Source of the DNA: Thermotogota bacterium
GTDB lineage: Bacteria; Thermotogota; Thermotogae; Petrotogales; Kosmotogaceae
NCBI GenBank assembly: GCA_034660555.1
Contig: JAYEJL010000025.1
Location: forward strand, 1-21,095
Reading direction: 5' to 3'
DNA: 21,095 nucleotides
Shown here: piece by piece, positions 7,640 to 17,272 of the stretch
Position numbering within the stretch: the stretch's first letter is position 1
How the letters are laid out: each line of letters starts with the position of its first letter
Made by a program: the position numbers and the translations under genes
Notes under the pieces: generated by a model
What the model saw: only the letters and a program-made list of their open reading frames with translations
What the model was told of the DNA's origin: nothing
The model's database searches: none

Positions 7640-8890
7640 ATGAAAAGAGCATTGTTTGTTGTACTAATTATGTTATTCGTTTTTAGCGCTTTTGGTAAAG
7701 AAATAGTTTTCTGGACAGCACCAAATCCTCTGCAGGAAAGTTTCTGGAAAGAACTAGTAAAACAATGGAATGAAGAAAACCCAGATATTCAAATTAATTG
7801 GTCGACGATACCAGCTGCTGGTAGTTCTGAAGAAGCAATACTAACTTCAATAGCTTCAGGAAGAAGTCCCGATATTTGTACAAATATTTTCAGTGGTTTT
7901 GCTGCTCAATTAATTGAAGCTGATCAGCTGGTACCGTTGGAAACTCTTCCTGGATACTGGGAACTAATTGAACAAAGGGAAATGAAACAAATTGTTGAAG
8001 GCTGGAAATTCAATGGTCATTATTTTGTATTTCCGATTTATTCAAACCCAATGTTAATGTGGTGGAGAGGCGATCTTCTGCAGGAACTTGGTTACGATAG
8101 TCCTCCAAGAACATATTCTGAGATTTATGAGATTAGTGAAAAGTATTCAGTGCCAAACGAAAAATTTGGAATGCAGGTTATTCTGGGAAGAAATTGGTGG
8201 GACAGATGGTTCGATTTCATCAATTACTATTATGCTGCTAGTGGCGGAAATTCATATCTTGATCTAGAACGTGCCAGGGCGACATTTAATAATGAGCATG
8301 GAAAAAGTATTACTGAATTCTTTTACAAGATGTTCAGAAATAACTGGACTGCTGTTGATCTTGGAAATTATCCATTGTACAACGGGGTAGTACTTGGAGG
8401 TATAAGAGGTCCATGGGAAATTAATTGGGCTAAAGAACAATTCCCTGACGTTTTTGATGATATAGTTATAAGTCCTCCACCGGTTCCTGATTATTATCCT
8501 GATGAAGACCCTGTTTACACATTCGCTGATACAAAGGGTTTAGTAATATTAAAATCCTGTAAATACAAAGAAGAAGCCTGGGAATTCTTAAAATGGGTGT
8601 ATTCAAACGAAGAAAATGATCTCAGATGGGTTACAATGACTAATCTGCCTCCGGCAAGAGGAGATCTTTCAACCAACGAGATGTTCACGGATTACATGGC
8701 TGAAAACGACTTTTTTGCACAATACGCTAGCTTTGTGCCTTATGCAGTTCCGCCTGCCCTTACCACGAAAACTGTTGATATTCAGGATGCTATGACAGAT
8801 CATTTAATTGAACCCCTTATGTATGACAGGGCAGGACCCGAAGAAGCTCTGAATGATATTGTTAGAAGAATAAGAACAATATTGTTTTAA
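7640..8890 (+). CDS. Carbohydrate ABC transporter (CUT1) substrate-binding protein
   Basis: 416 aa with an SPI signal peptide and no lipobox Cys. SBP_bac_1-like motifs IASGRSPDI, GHYFVFP, P.TYSE and KEEAWEFLKW. Strong RBS AAGGAGG. Confidence 0.93.
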   Translation: MKRALFVVLIMLFVFSAFGKEIVFWTAPNPLQESFWKELVKQWNEENPDIQINWSTIPAAGSSEEAILTSIASGRSPDICTNIFSGFAAQLIEADQLVPLETLPGYWELIEQREMKQIVEGWKFNGHYFVFPIYSNPMLMWWRGDLLQELGYDSPPRTYSEIYEISEKYSVPNEKFGMQVILGRNWWDRWFDFINYYYAASGGNSYLDLERARATFNNEHGKSITEFFYKMFRNNWTAVDLGNYPLYNGVVLGGIRGPWEINWAKEQFPDVFDDIVISPPPVPDYYPDEDPVYTFADTKGLVILKSCKYKEEAWEFLKWVYSNEENDLRWVTMTNLPPARGDLSTNEMFTDYMAENDFFAQYASFVPYAVPPALTTKTVDIQDAMTDHLIEPLMYDRAGPEEALNDIVRRIRTILF

Positions 8891-8895
8891 TTTAT

Positions 8896-8924
8896 TAAAG
8901 CAGGGAGAACCTCTCCCTGCTTTA
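8896..8924 (+). terminator. Stem-loop after the SBP gene (partial terminator or mRNA-stabilising hairpin)
   Basis: 13-bp perfect inverted repeat TAAAGCAGGGAGA-ACC-TCTCCCTGCTTTA with only a short U tract. Confidence 0.7.
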
Positions 8925-8957
8925 TAGTTATTTGGCATTTTCCAGGAGGAAAGCCTT

Positions 8958-9839
8958 ATGGGTTTAAAATCGTTACGCAGGATAGAAGCAACAAAGGGCT
9001 GGTCAATATCCGTTGTATATTTTATCTATACCGCAATTTTCTGGGGTTATCCATTTGTCTGGTTATTTATACTGGCTCTCTCAAAATGGAATTTTCTAAC
9101 ACCAAGAAAGTTCATTTGGTTCAATAATTTTGTAAAGATGTTCCAAGATGAATTATTCTGGAGGGTGGTATTAAACACCTTCAACTTTATGCTTTATTAC
9201 ATCCCGATGGTTCTTGGATTATCGCTTCTTTTTGCTGTCGCATTAACAAAAATCAAGTTTTTTAAAACGTTTTTCGTTCTGGCCTTTCTCGTAGCAAATG
9301 TATCCTCAGGTGTTGCTTATTCAATTATTTTTGAAAGGCTATTTGCAATAAATGGCCCACTGAACAAATTTATCTACACGCTGACTGGAAAAACAATCCC
9401 CTGGTTCAGTGAACCCCAGCTTGCAATTCTATCAATAGCCATGATGGTTACCTGGAAATTCATCGGATATTATGGGCTTATTCTCTTTTCGGGTCTGAAT
9501 TCTATTCCAAAATCCTTATATGAAGCCGCTGAACTCGATGGAGCAACTGGATGGAAAAAATTCTGGAAAATTACATTACCGCTACTCAATCCCTCTATCG
9601 TAATGGTTTTGGTCCTTGCAATATCACTGGTTTTTGGTATATTCACAGAACCCTATCTTATAACCGGTGGTGGGCCTATGAAGAGAACATTTACTTTCCA
9701 GATGATGGTGTACACAACAGCGTTTCAGAAACTAGATCCGGGTTACGCTTCCACACTTGCAATAGTAGCCGCTCTTATGAGTTTTGGTTGTGTAATTTTG
9801 ACCCGGAAATTAATAGAAAAAGAGGTTGAATATGCATGA
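8958..9839 (+). CDS. Carbohydrate ABC transporter permease (MalF/UgpA-type)
   Basis: 293 aa with about 6 TM helices and EAA loop SLYEAAELDGATGWKKFWKITLP. Confidence 0.95.
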   Translation: MGLKSLRRIEATKGWSISVVYFIYTAIFWGYPFVWLFILALSKWNFLTPRKFIWFNNFVKMFQDELFWRVVLNTFNFMLYYIPMVLGLSLLFAVALTKIKFFKTFFVLAFLVANVSSGVAYSIIFERLFAINGPLNKFIYTLTGKTIPWFSEPQLAILSIAMMVTWKFIGYYGLILFSGLNSIPKSLYEAAELDGATGWKKFWKITLPLLNPSIVMVLVLAISLVFGIFTEPYLITGGGPMKRTFTFQMMVYTTAFQKLDPGYASTLAIVAALMSFGCVILTRKLIEKEVEYA

Positions 9840-10654
9840 AAAAGATACCCAAAATCATTTTGTATGCAGTTCTATTTATCGCCTCTTTTATCTGGATATA
9901 TCCATATATCTGGATGTTCATGGGTTCCTTTAAACCATCAGACCAAATTTTTACGACTTTTTGGCCATCGCGCTTTACTATAGAACATTACCGTTTTATC
10001 TTAGAAACAGCTGAAAAAATGCGCAGACCTTTCGTGAGAGCTCTGGGAAATAGCATTATAATATCTGTAATCGTTACTGTATCTGTAATAGTTAGCTCAG
10101 CTATAATAGGGTATGCAATTTCTCGCTTAAGATTTAAAGGTAGAAATATCGTTTTCAATTTCATAATATTTCAAATGTTATTCCCGGGATTCTTGTTTAT
10201 TGTGCCTCTCTATGTATTAATAAGGGCTCTAAATCTTACGGATACATTGTCTGCTGTCTTCCTGCCAAGTTTGATGTCAGCCTGGGGGATTTTCATGTTT
10301 GCTCAATCATATAAATCAATACCGAAAGAATTCATTGAAGCTGCAAGAATGGACGGGGCACGTGAACTCTGGATAATTATCAAAGTTATGGTTCCTCTTG
10401 CTAGATCAACCGCTTCAATTGTAGGTATGTTTACTTTTATTGGTATCTGGGATAATTTTATGTGGCCGTTAATTGTAATAAGAGATTATGATAAAATGCC
10501 TTTATCTGTTCTTTTAGCAAGTTTCAATCATCAATATGGAAGCTATGTAGGACCGTTGCTTGCTGGTTCTGTGATACAAACTATACCTATGGTACTGATA
10601 TTTTTGATATTTAGAAAATATTTCTTACAGGGAATATCAATGTCTCTAAAATAA
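9836..10654 (+). CDS. Carbohydrate ABC transporter permease (MalG/UgpE-type)
   Basis: 272 aa with EAA loop EFIEAARMDGA and motif WDNFMWPL. ATGA overlap with the upstream permease. Confidence 0.95.
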   Translation: MKKIPKIILYAVLFIASFIWIYPYIWMFMGSFKPSDQIFTTFWPSRFTIEHYRFILETAEKMRRPFVRALGNSIIISVIVTVSVIVSSAIIGYAISRLRFKGRNIVFNFIIFQMLFPGFLFIVPLYVLIRALNLTDTLSAVFLPSLMSAWGIFMFAQSYKSIPKEFIEAARMDGARELWIIIKVMVPLARSTASIVGMFTFIGIWDNFMWPLIVIRDYDKMPLSVLLASFNHQYGSYVGPLLAGSVIQTIPMVLIFLIFRKYFLQGISMSLK

Positions 10655-10670
10655 CAGGAGGAAAAGACCC

Positions 10671-11561
10671 ATGAATCTGAAACTTAAAAGGCATGTTTTA
10701 AACCCATTGTTATCACCAATCTCTTTTCATCACTGGGAATCAAAATACGTATTCAACTGTGCAGTTGTAAAAAATGAAGGATTGTTCCACTTGCTATATC
10801 GTGCTCAGGGTGAGGACATGGTTTCGAGAATAGGCTATGCCGTAAGCGAAGATGGTATTCACTTTAATAGAATGGAAAAACCAGTGTTTTCTCCATCCAG
10901 TCAGGAAGAATTATTAGGTGTAGAGGATCCAAGGATTACAAAGATTGATAACAGATTCTATATGACCTATACCGCATATTCTCCTGAAGGTGTAAGAATT
11001 TCCCTGTCCGCAACCAATGATTTCATAAGGTGGGAACGGTTTGGCGTGGTTATTCCAGGGATAGATAACAAAGATGCTGCTCTTTTTCCCGAAAAAATCA
11101 ATGGACACTTCGTTATGTTTCACAGAATAGAACCAGATATGTATCTTACATATTCAAAAGATCTTATTCACTGGAATAGCTTTATTTCAATAGCCAGTCC
11201 CAGAAAGGAAAGCTGGGATAACCTAAAAATAGGTATAGCTGCTCCCCCCATAAAATTGGAAAAAGGTTGGTTGGTTTTGTACCATGGGGTGGAAAACAAA
11301 CCAAAACCTATATACAGACTTGGATTTATGTTGCTTGACAAAAACGATCCAACAAAAGTAATTAAGAGAACAAAATATCCCGTACTTGAGCCAGAAAAAA
11401 ATTGGGAGATCTTTGGCGGTGTACCTAACGTAGTTTTCTCAGATGCCATGGTAGAACATGAGGACGAGTACTACATATACTATGGTGCAGCAGACAACCA
11501 TATCGCTCTAGCCACCATATCAAAGCAGGAAGTGCTCAAATGGGTTGAGGAGGAGGAATAA
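10671..11561 (+). CDS. GH130 beta-mannoside phosphorylase (cytoplasmic; resembles beta-1,2-mannobiose/oligomannan phosphorylases)
   Basis: 296 aa five-bladed propeller with motifs VFNC, YRA, GVEDPR, YTAY, VPNVVF and YYGAAD. Phosphate-site residues retained (RISL, NKD, FHR, LYH). No signal peptide. Confidence 0.88.
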   Translation: MNLKLKRHVLNPLLSPISFHHWESKYVFNCAVVKNEGLFHLLYRAQGEDMVSRIGYAVSEDGIHFNRMEKPVFSPSSQEELLGVEDPRITKIDNRFYMTYTAYSPEGVRISLSATNDFIRWERFGVVIPGIDNKDAALFPEKINGHFVMFHRIEPDMYLTYSKDLIHWNSFISIASPRKESWDNLKIGIAAPPIKLEKGWLVLYHGVENKPKPIYRLGFMLLDKNDPTKVIKRTKYPVLEPEKNWEIFGGVPNVVFSDAMVEHEDEYYIYYGAADNHIALATISKQEVLKWVEEEE

Positions 11562-12508
11562 TGAAATCATTTTTCACTATAATAATTATCTGTTTTTCTA
11601 TAACCGTTCTGAGCCTTAATTTCGACTTTGAAAAGGTTTACGAGGTAGAAAGAATTTCTGACTATCCAATTCTGCTTCCTGAAGGAATAGGTTTTGAATC
11701 AAAGGCTGTTTTTAATCCAGGGGCTATCGTTGTGAACGATGAAATCATGCTTATTTATCGAGCTGAAGATTGGTCTGGTGTAAATAAATGGAACGGGACT
11801 TCAAGCCTGGGAATTGCTGAAAGTAAAGATGGAATATTATTTAAAAAAGAAGCAACCCCCATATTGATGCCAACAGAAACTTACGAAATTCCAGGTGGTT
11901 GTGAGGACCCAAGAATTGTAAAAATCGATGACACATATCTTCTTACATACACAGGTTACAACGGTACAAACGCAAAACTATGCCTGGCATATTCGAAGGA
12001 TTTTGAAAATTGGGTAAAGGTTGGCCCAATTATTAAAACAGGTAGATGGTCAAAATCGGGAGCAATAATTCCCAAAAAAATAGATGGAAAATATTGTATG
12101 TATTTTGGTGACAGCAATATCTATCTTGCTACTTCAAATAACCTCAGAGATTGGCAGGTCAATTACAGCCCTGTATTGAGTCCACGCTCAATGAATTTTG
12201 ATAGTAGATTGGTTGAACCCGGTCCACCTCCATTAATAACTGATGAAGGAATACTTTTGTTTTACAATAGTGCAGATTTTTCTGGAATATACAGAGTTGG
12301 AGCTGCCCTGTTCGATATTAATAATCCAGCGAACCTATTGAAGAGAACGGATAAACCAATTTTTGAGCCAGAATTATCGTGGGAAAAGTACGGTCAGGTT
12401 CCCAATGTAGTTTTTTTTGAAGGAACTGTTATTCACAATGACACTTTATTTATATACTATGGCGCAGCGGACACGTACACTGGTGCAGCCAGAATAAAAT
12501 TGAACTAA
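11561..12508 (+). CDS. Secreted GH130, hydrolase type (putative beta-1,2-mannosidase, BT3780/Dfer_3176-like)
   Basis: 315 aa with N-terminal signal peptide MKSFFTIIIICFSITVLS and motif GCEDPR. Phosphate-site motifs are replaced by WSKSG, MYFGD and FYN, with Glu in LVEPGPPP and VVFFEG. TAATG overlap with the upstream GH130. Confidence 0.8.
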   Translation: MKSFFTIIIICFSITVLSLNFDFEKVYEVERISDYPILLPEGIGFESKAVFNPGAIVVNDEIMLIYRAEDWSGVNKWNGTSSLGIAESKDGILFKKEATPILMPTETYEIPGGCEDPRIVKIDDTYLLTYTGYNGTNAKLCLAYSKDFENWVKVGPIIKTGRWSKSGAIIPKKIDGKYCMYFGDSNIYLATSNNLRDWQVNYSPVLSPRSMNFDSRLVEPGPPPLITDEGILLFYNSADFSGIYRVGAALFDINNPANLLKRTDKPIFEPELSWEKYGQVPNVVFFEGTVIHNDTLFIYYGAADTYTGAARIKLN

Positions 12509-12625
12509 ACTATAAAAGACAACTTACTGAATATGATGAAATAACTGATATGAACAATCAGCAAATGTGCAGGTGTTCATTTGTAATGTTTTTTAGATAT
12601 ATGTTGATACATATTTTCAATATGA

Positions 12626-14455
12626 TCAAATAAGTTTTATTTGTTTTGATTCAAGCTGTTCATCAACATCAACAGGCTCAGGAGTGTAGATCCGTCTTAT
12701 TTTCTGTTTTTGCCAGGAAACGTTTTGCATTGCCATGATTTGCTTCGAGCCATCAAAGAACTTCCTTAGTCGTACCATCGCATTATCTGTTCTATAAAGT
12801 TTTAAGTTCAAATCATTAGCCATAAATCGATATATTGAATATGACACATCACTGTCATTGACTTTGGGAGTCGCACCCAATATATACTCAATGGGGAAAT
12901 TTAAGAAAAAGATCTTTCCGTTTTCCATTTTATTTATAACAAGCTTCAGCCCAGATTTATTTAAATCGATAACTTCATTATTGTCAGAACAATGAATCGG
13001 AAGAAAACTTTTTTCCCAGACACTTTCACAATATGCTGTTGAAATGTCCCACTTTATATTATGAAATGATATCTCCAGGGTTTCAGGTAATATGTTAGGC
13101 AAGCCATATCTTCTGCTGTGAAAGCAGTTTGTTACTTCATTGAAATTGTGCATCCATAGTCCTTGCTGGTTGGCTGTGCTTCCCTCAAAATAACTGAAAT
13201 AAACATTGCTGCCTTTTTTAACATAGCCTATAACATTTTCCCATGTGGTAGCTGAATATTTTTTTGCACATGGGAAAATTAAAAGTTTGTATTCCTTCCA
13301 ATCATCGGGTTTCTCACCAACAATATCTACTTCCATTCCTGCTTTAACAGCAAGGGTATAGCTTTGAATATAATTCAATGCCATTTTTATTCTGTCATCC
13401 TCACTGAAAGGAAAATCTTCATTATAAAACCTGGAAATTACTATTGCCGCTTCTTTCTCTGGCCGTTTGAAGCTGTTTATACTATCAACGAAATTGCCAA
13501 AACTGGTTAATTCTTCAGCTACTTTCTTCTGATTCCCTTCTTTATCAAGGATTCCAAAATTCAATTCAAATGGGTGATGAACGTATGGTTTCATATCAGG
13601 ATAATCGAAATCACTCAAACACCAGCCAAGAGCACCCTTGCCTCCAGAAAAATAAGTATTGAATAAGACTTCTCTGTAATACCTGGAAATGTTTTCGTCC
13701 GATGAATGGCTGGATGAAGCGCCAAATTCTTCCATGATCACAGGCAATTTATATCGTTTACAAAAGCCTATTAAAAACTCCGCGAGTAAACTGTGCCTGT
13801 ATGTATCAGGTTCACTTACATACATATGAGGTCCGAAAAAATCTACTATCTTTGAAAGTCTGCCAAGGTCAAAACCATTTTGTCCTCCCAGTGCATTCCA
13901 GCAGCCATCACCAATACCGACTGGTCTATCGGGGTCGAGTTTTCTTATTATTTGTATCAAACTTGAAGCCCAATTATAAATCTTTTCAGGTGATGATTTA
14001 CCACCATACAGAGGCATTTCATTGGACAGAAGATATCCCCAGATTGCTCTGGAATTTTTGATTTCTTCGACAATGCTTCGAATAAGAAATTCCTGTTGCT
14101 TTAACATAAATGGATCTGAATAAAGATCGCGATTATTTCTAAACTCAAAATCCCAGTTCTCTCCAGACATGTGCCCTACTAAAAATGTTGGTATCGTTTT
14201 CAAATTATGTTTTTCACATAACGCGATAAACTTCTTAAATCTCTTAATCCTTTCTTTATCAACCTTTTCAGGTTCTCTCATAAAACTATTGCTGAAAATG
14301 AATGATCGGCAAATATTCATGCGCAGTGATTTCATTGTTATAATTTCTTCTTCTATGATTGTGGGATTCCAGAATTCATCTTCCCACATAAACAATGCTC
14401 CACTACGTGACCAATAATTGATCCCTAGCAAAAAGTCTTCGAAATTATTTTTCAT
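12626..14455 (-). CDS. GH5 glycoside hydrolase, probable exo-beta-mannosidase (GH5_18/GH5_19-like), cytoplasmic
   Basis: 609 aa with motifs GINYW..MW, VGHMSGENW, acid/base SNEMP, GPHMY, nucleophile MEEFG, WCLSDF and PY.HHPFELNFG, plus a C-terminal GH42-trimerisation-like domain. RBS GGAGG at 14463-14467. Confidence 0.8.
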   Translation of the reverse strand: MKNNFEDFLLGINYWSRSGALFMWEDEFWNPTIIEEEIITMKSLRMNICRSFIFSNSFMREPEKVDKERIKRFKKFIALCEKHNLKTIPTFLVGHMSGENWDFEFRNNRDLYSDPFMLKQQEFLIRSIVEEIKNSRAIWGYLLSNEMPLYGGKSSPEKIYNWASSLIQIIRKLDPDRPVGIGDGCWNALGGQNGFDLGRLSKIVDFFGPHMYVSEPDTYRHSLLAEFLIGFCKRYKLPVIMEEFGASSSHSSDENISRYYREVLFNTYFSGGKGALGWCLSDFDYPDMKPYVHHPFELNFGILDKEGNQKKVAEELTSFGNFVDSINSFKRPEKEAAIVISRFYNEDFPFSEDDRIKMALNYIQSYTLAVKAGMEVDIVGEKPDDWKEYKLLIFPCAKKYSATTWENVIGYVKKGSNVYFSYFEGSTANQQGLWMHNFNEVTNCFHSRRYGLPNILPETLEISFHNIKWDISTAYCESVWEKSFLPIHCSDNNEVIDLNKSGLKLVINKMENGKIFFLNFPIEYILGATPKVNDSDVSYSIYRFMANDLNLKLYRTDNAMVRLRKFFDGSKQIMAMQNVSWQKQKIRRIYTPEPVDVDEQLESKQIKLI

Positions 14456-14478
14456 ATTTTTTCCTCCAGAACAAATTG

Positions 14479-17272
14479 TTAATGTTCCTTATAAGGGATA
14501 TAGCCTTTTTTCAAGAAAGTTATTTTGTTTAAAGGCAAAGGTTTGCAGAAAAGAAAACCCTGCGCATAATCACAACCAAGTTCAATTAACGTCTCTTTTT
14601 GCTTAATTGTTTCGACACCTTCTGCAACTGTTTTTAATCCAAGATTCTTCGCAAGTCCCACGATCATTCTAATAATTGTAATATCTGCATTTTCTTTATC
14701 GATATTTTTTACAAATGATTTATCAATCTTCAAATAATCGACCGGTAGTTGCTGCAAATAACTTAGCGATGAGTATCCTGTACCAAAATCGTCGATGTAT
14801 ATCTCAATTCCATGTTTTTTTAATCTGTTCAATTTATCTATATTGCCTTCAAGATTTTTTAGTAAATCTGTTTCTGTTATCTCAAGAGAAAATTCCTCTC
14901 CATCAATACCATGTATCATTAGAATTTCAGTAATATCTTCAACGATATTGTCCCTTTGCAACTCTTTCGCAGAAAGATTTATCGTAATTGGTACATGTAT
15001 TCCCGATTTCTCGAGAGCATTTATATCTTCACACACTCTGTTTTGAACATAATTTCCGATTCTGTCAATAGATCCTGTAAGCTCAGCAATTGGAATAAAA
15101 ATTTCCGGCGAAATGTACCCCCGTTTAGGGTGTTTCCATCGGCATAAAGCTTCAAGTCTGAAAACTTTACCAGAGTTCATTTCAATTATGGGTTGATAGA
15201 AAACATCAAGTTGATATTTATCTTCAAATGCTTTAAGAAGATCCTGCTCCAAAGAAAGCCTTTCAGCCACATCAAGACTCTGTTCATGTTTATAGAAATT
15301 GTAAACCTTACCCGTTCTTTTTGCGTGATACATTGCAACAGCTGCATTTCTCAACAAGGTTGGAAAATCCTTACCATTTTCAGGAAACACAGCTATTCCT
15401 ATCGAAATAGAAACACTTACTGGCTGCCCATTTATCCTGAATGGATTACTCATCACCCAGGAAATATTCTGTGCAATTCTTTTTGATACATTGTAGCCCG
15501 CATCTGAAAACAATAAAACAAACTCATCTGATTCAAGTCTCACAAGAACATCATTTTCACGAAGGAAATCCATTAATCTATTTCCAAAATCTTTTATTAA
15601 AGTATCACCAATGAAATGACCAAAAACCTCGTTAATGTGTCTGAATCGATTGATATCTAGTTCCATCAGTGAAAACTTACGCTTCTTTTCTCTAGCCCAG
15701 GTAAGATATTCAGTGAACTTTTCTTCAAGAAACCGTCTGTTGGGTAGATTGGTAACAGGATCGTGGGTTGCCAGGTATTTAAGTTTGGTCCTTTCTTTTT
15801 TAATTTCTTCTTCCAGTGAAATTCTCCTTAACAAGACAGACATTTGTTGGCCTAATATCTCAGCTGTTTCAACTGACAAATCATCAAATGCGTTTCTTTT
15901 ATTATGATTATCCAGTGAAAATACTGCAACAATATCATTATCAACAATAGAAGGTACTGAAAGCGTCGACTTTATCTCTTTTCCTTTTCTAGCCTTTATT
16001 AATTTTTGTTTTACTTCTTTACCCAATCTATCATCGACTTTATTTGGATTTACTATTCTGGGTTTGTGGCTATTTCCATGCATAATCTCATCGGGTTTGA
16101 ATGTAATTTCTTTAAGTATCTCTTTGTCATAATTAATCGCATCAACAAAATGATACTTGCCATCTTTTTTCTTAATAAGTAAACTACCAGATTCAGCCTC
16201 TGGAACTATTTCAACCGCTCTTTTTAGTAACTCCTTATATGTTTCCTCTGACAGCTCAGTCCGCAACAACTCATTGGTTGTTTCCCTCAAAATTTGATGA
16301 ATCTTGATAAAGTATTCAAGTCTCGATTGATAATCTCTTTTGTCAGTAATATCTATTGCAATGCCGCCTATGAGTGGTTCTTTGTTATGTCTGTTGATAA
16401 CAAACTTTTGTGAACTGTACAGTCTCAGCGTTCCGTTTTTGTCAGGAACCTTTTCTTCACACTCAATGAGTCCTTCTTTAAGTGCCTTTCTATCGTTTTC
16501 TAAGAGAACATCGGCAATTTCTTTCGAATACAACTCGTGCGGCTTTTTCCCTAAATGACTTTCATCATGTCCAATTATTTTTCTAAAAAACTGATTCATA
16601 AAAATATATCTGCTGTTGTGATCCTTTATAAAAACAGCTGCTGGAATGTGATTAACAAAAAGTGAAAATAGATCTTCTTCATTTCCTAACTCTTTTCTAA
16701 CCAATCCAAGGGTTCTCCCTACATTTATTTTGTTCAATTTGAACGATACAAGATCAGCTAATGCAACAAGCTGGTCTTGCTCATGACTGTCATAAGCCTT
16801 ATCCTTTTCCAGTAACACAGAAAACAATCCCTTAACAACACCCTGATACTCAAGAGGAAGACTAATAATCGCTGCTGAGTTACTTTTTTTAAGTATTTCA
16901 CAATCTTCACATTGTTCAGTACCAAACAAATATGTCTCTTCTCTCAACAGGATAAATAAAACATTTCGACTTTTCCTTTGATATCATGTCGTTCAGACCT
17001 TCCAGAGATATATTACTGATACCTCTACTATATTCGTCAACAATCTTTTTATCTTTATCAATCATGAAGTAGAATATACCCTTGTATTTTCCGGTGTCAT
17101 AAAGGCTATCACAGAGTAGTTTCAAAACATCTTTTTCATCATTAACAGATGCGATTTTTTGTTCAATATTTCGTACAATTCTAAAACCTTTTGCCAGAGT
17201 AAATTCTTTTCTCTTTTCCCTGACTGAAGGATATTCTTTATTCTCTTCTTTTTTGTCTTTCTCATTGTTCAT
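14479..17272 (-). pseudogene. GAF-PAS-GAF-GGDEF(degenerate)-EAL c-di-GMP phosphodiesterase gene, split by a frameshift near 16916-16983 into ORFs 16916..17272 and 14479..16947
   Basis: The two overlapping ORFs encode complementary halves of one GAF domain. The downstream ORF has PAS (IPAAVFIKD..YIFMN..GIAIDIT), GAF, HDPVTNLPNR..RLESDEF, and EAL (LEALCRW, LEITET, IDDFGTGYSS, VAEGVE, AQGF). Likely true ATG at 17272 after GTGGTG. Confidence 0.7.

Noticed and set aside
12509..12625. Short inverted repeats (ATGAACA/TGTTCAT and ATATGT/ACATAT) between the convergent GH130 and GH5 genes as an sRNA or terminator
   Set aside because: The stems are AT-rich and only 6-7 bp, with no recognisable RNA family or U-tract geometry.
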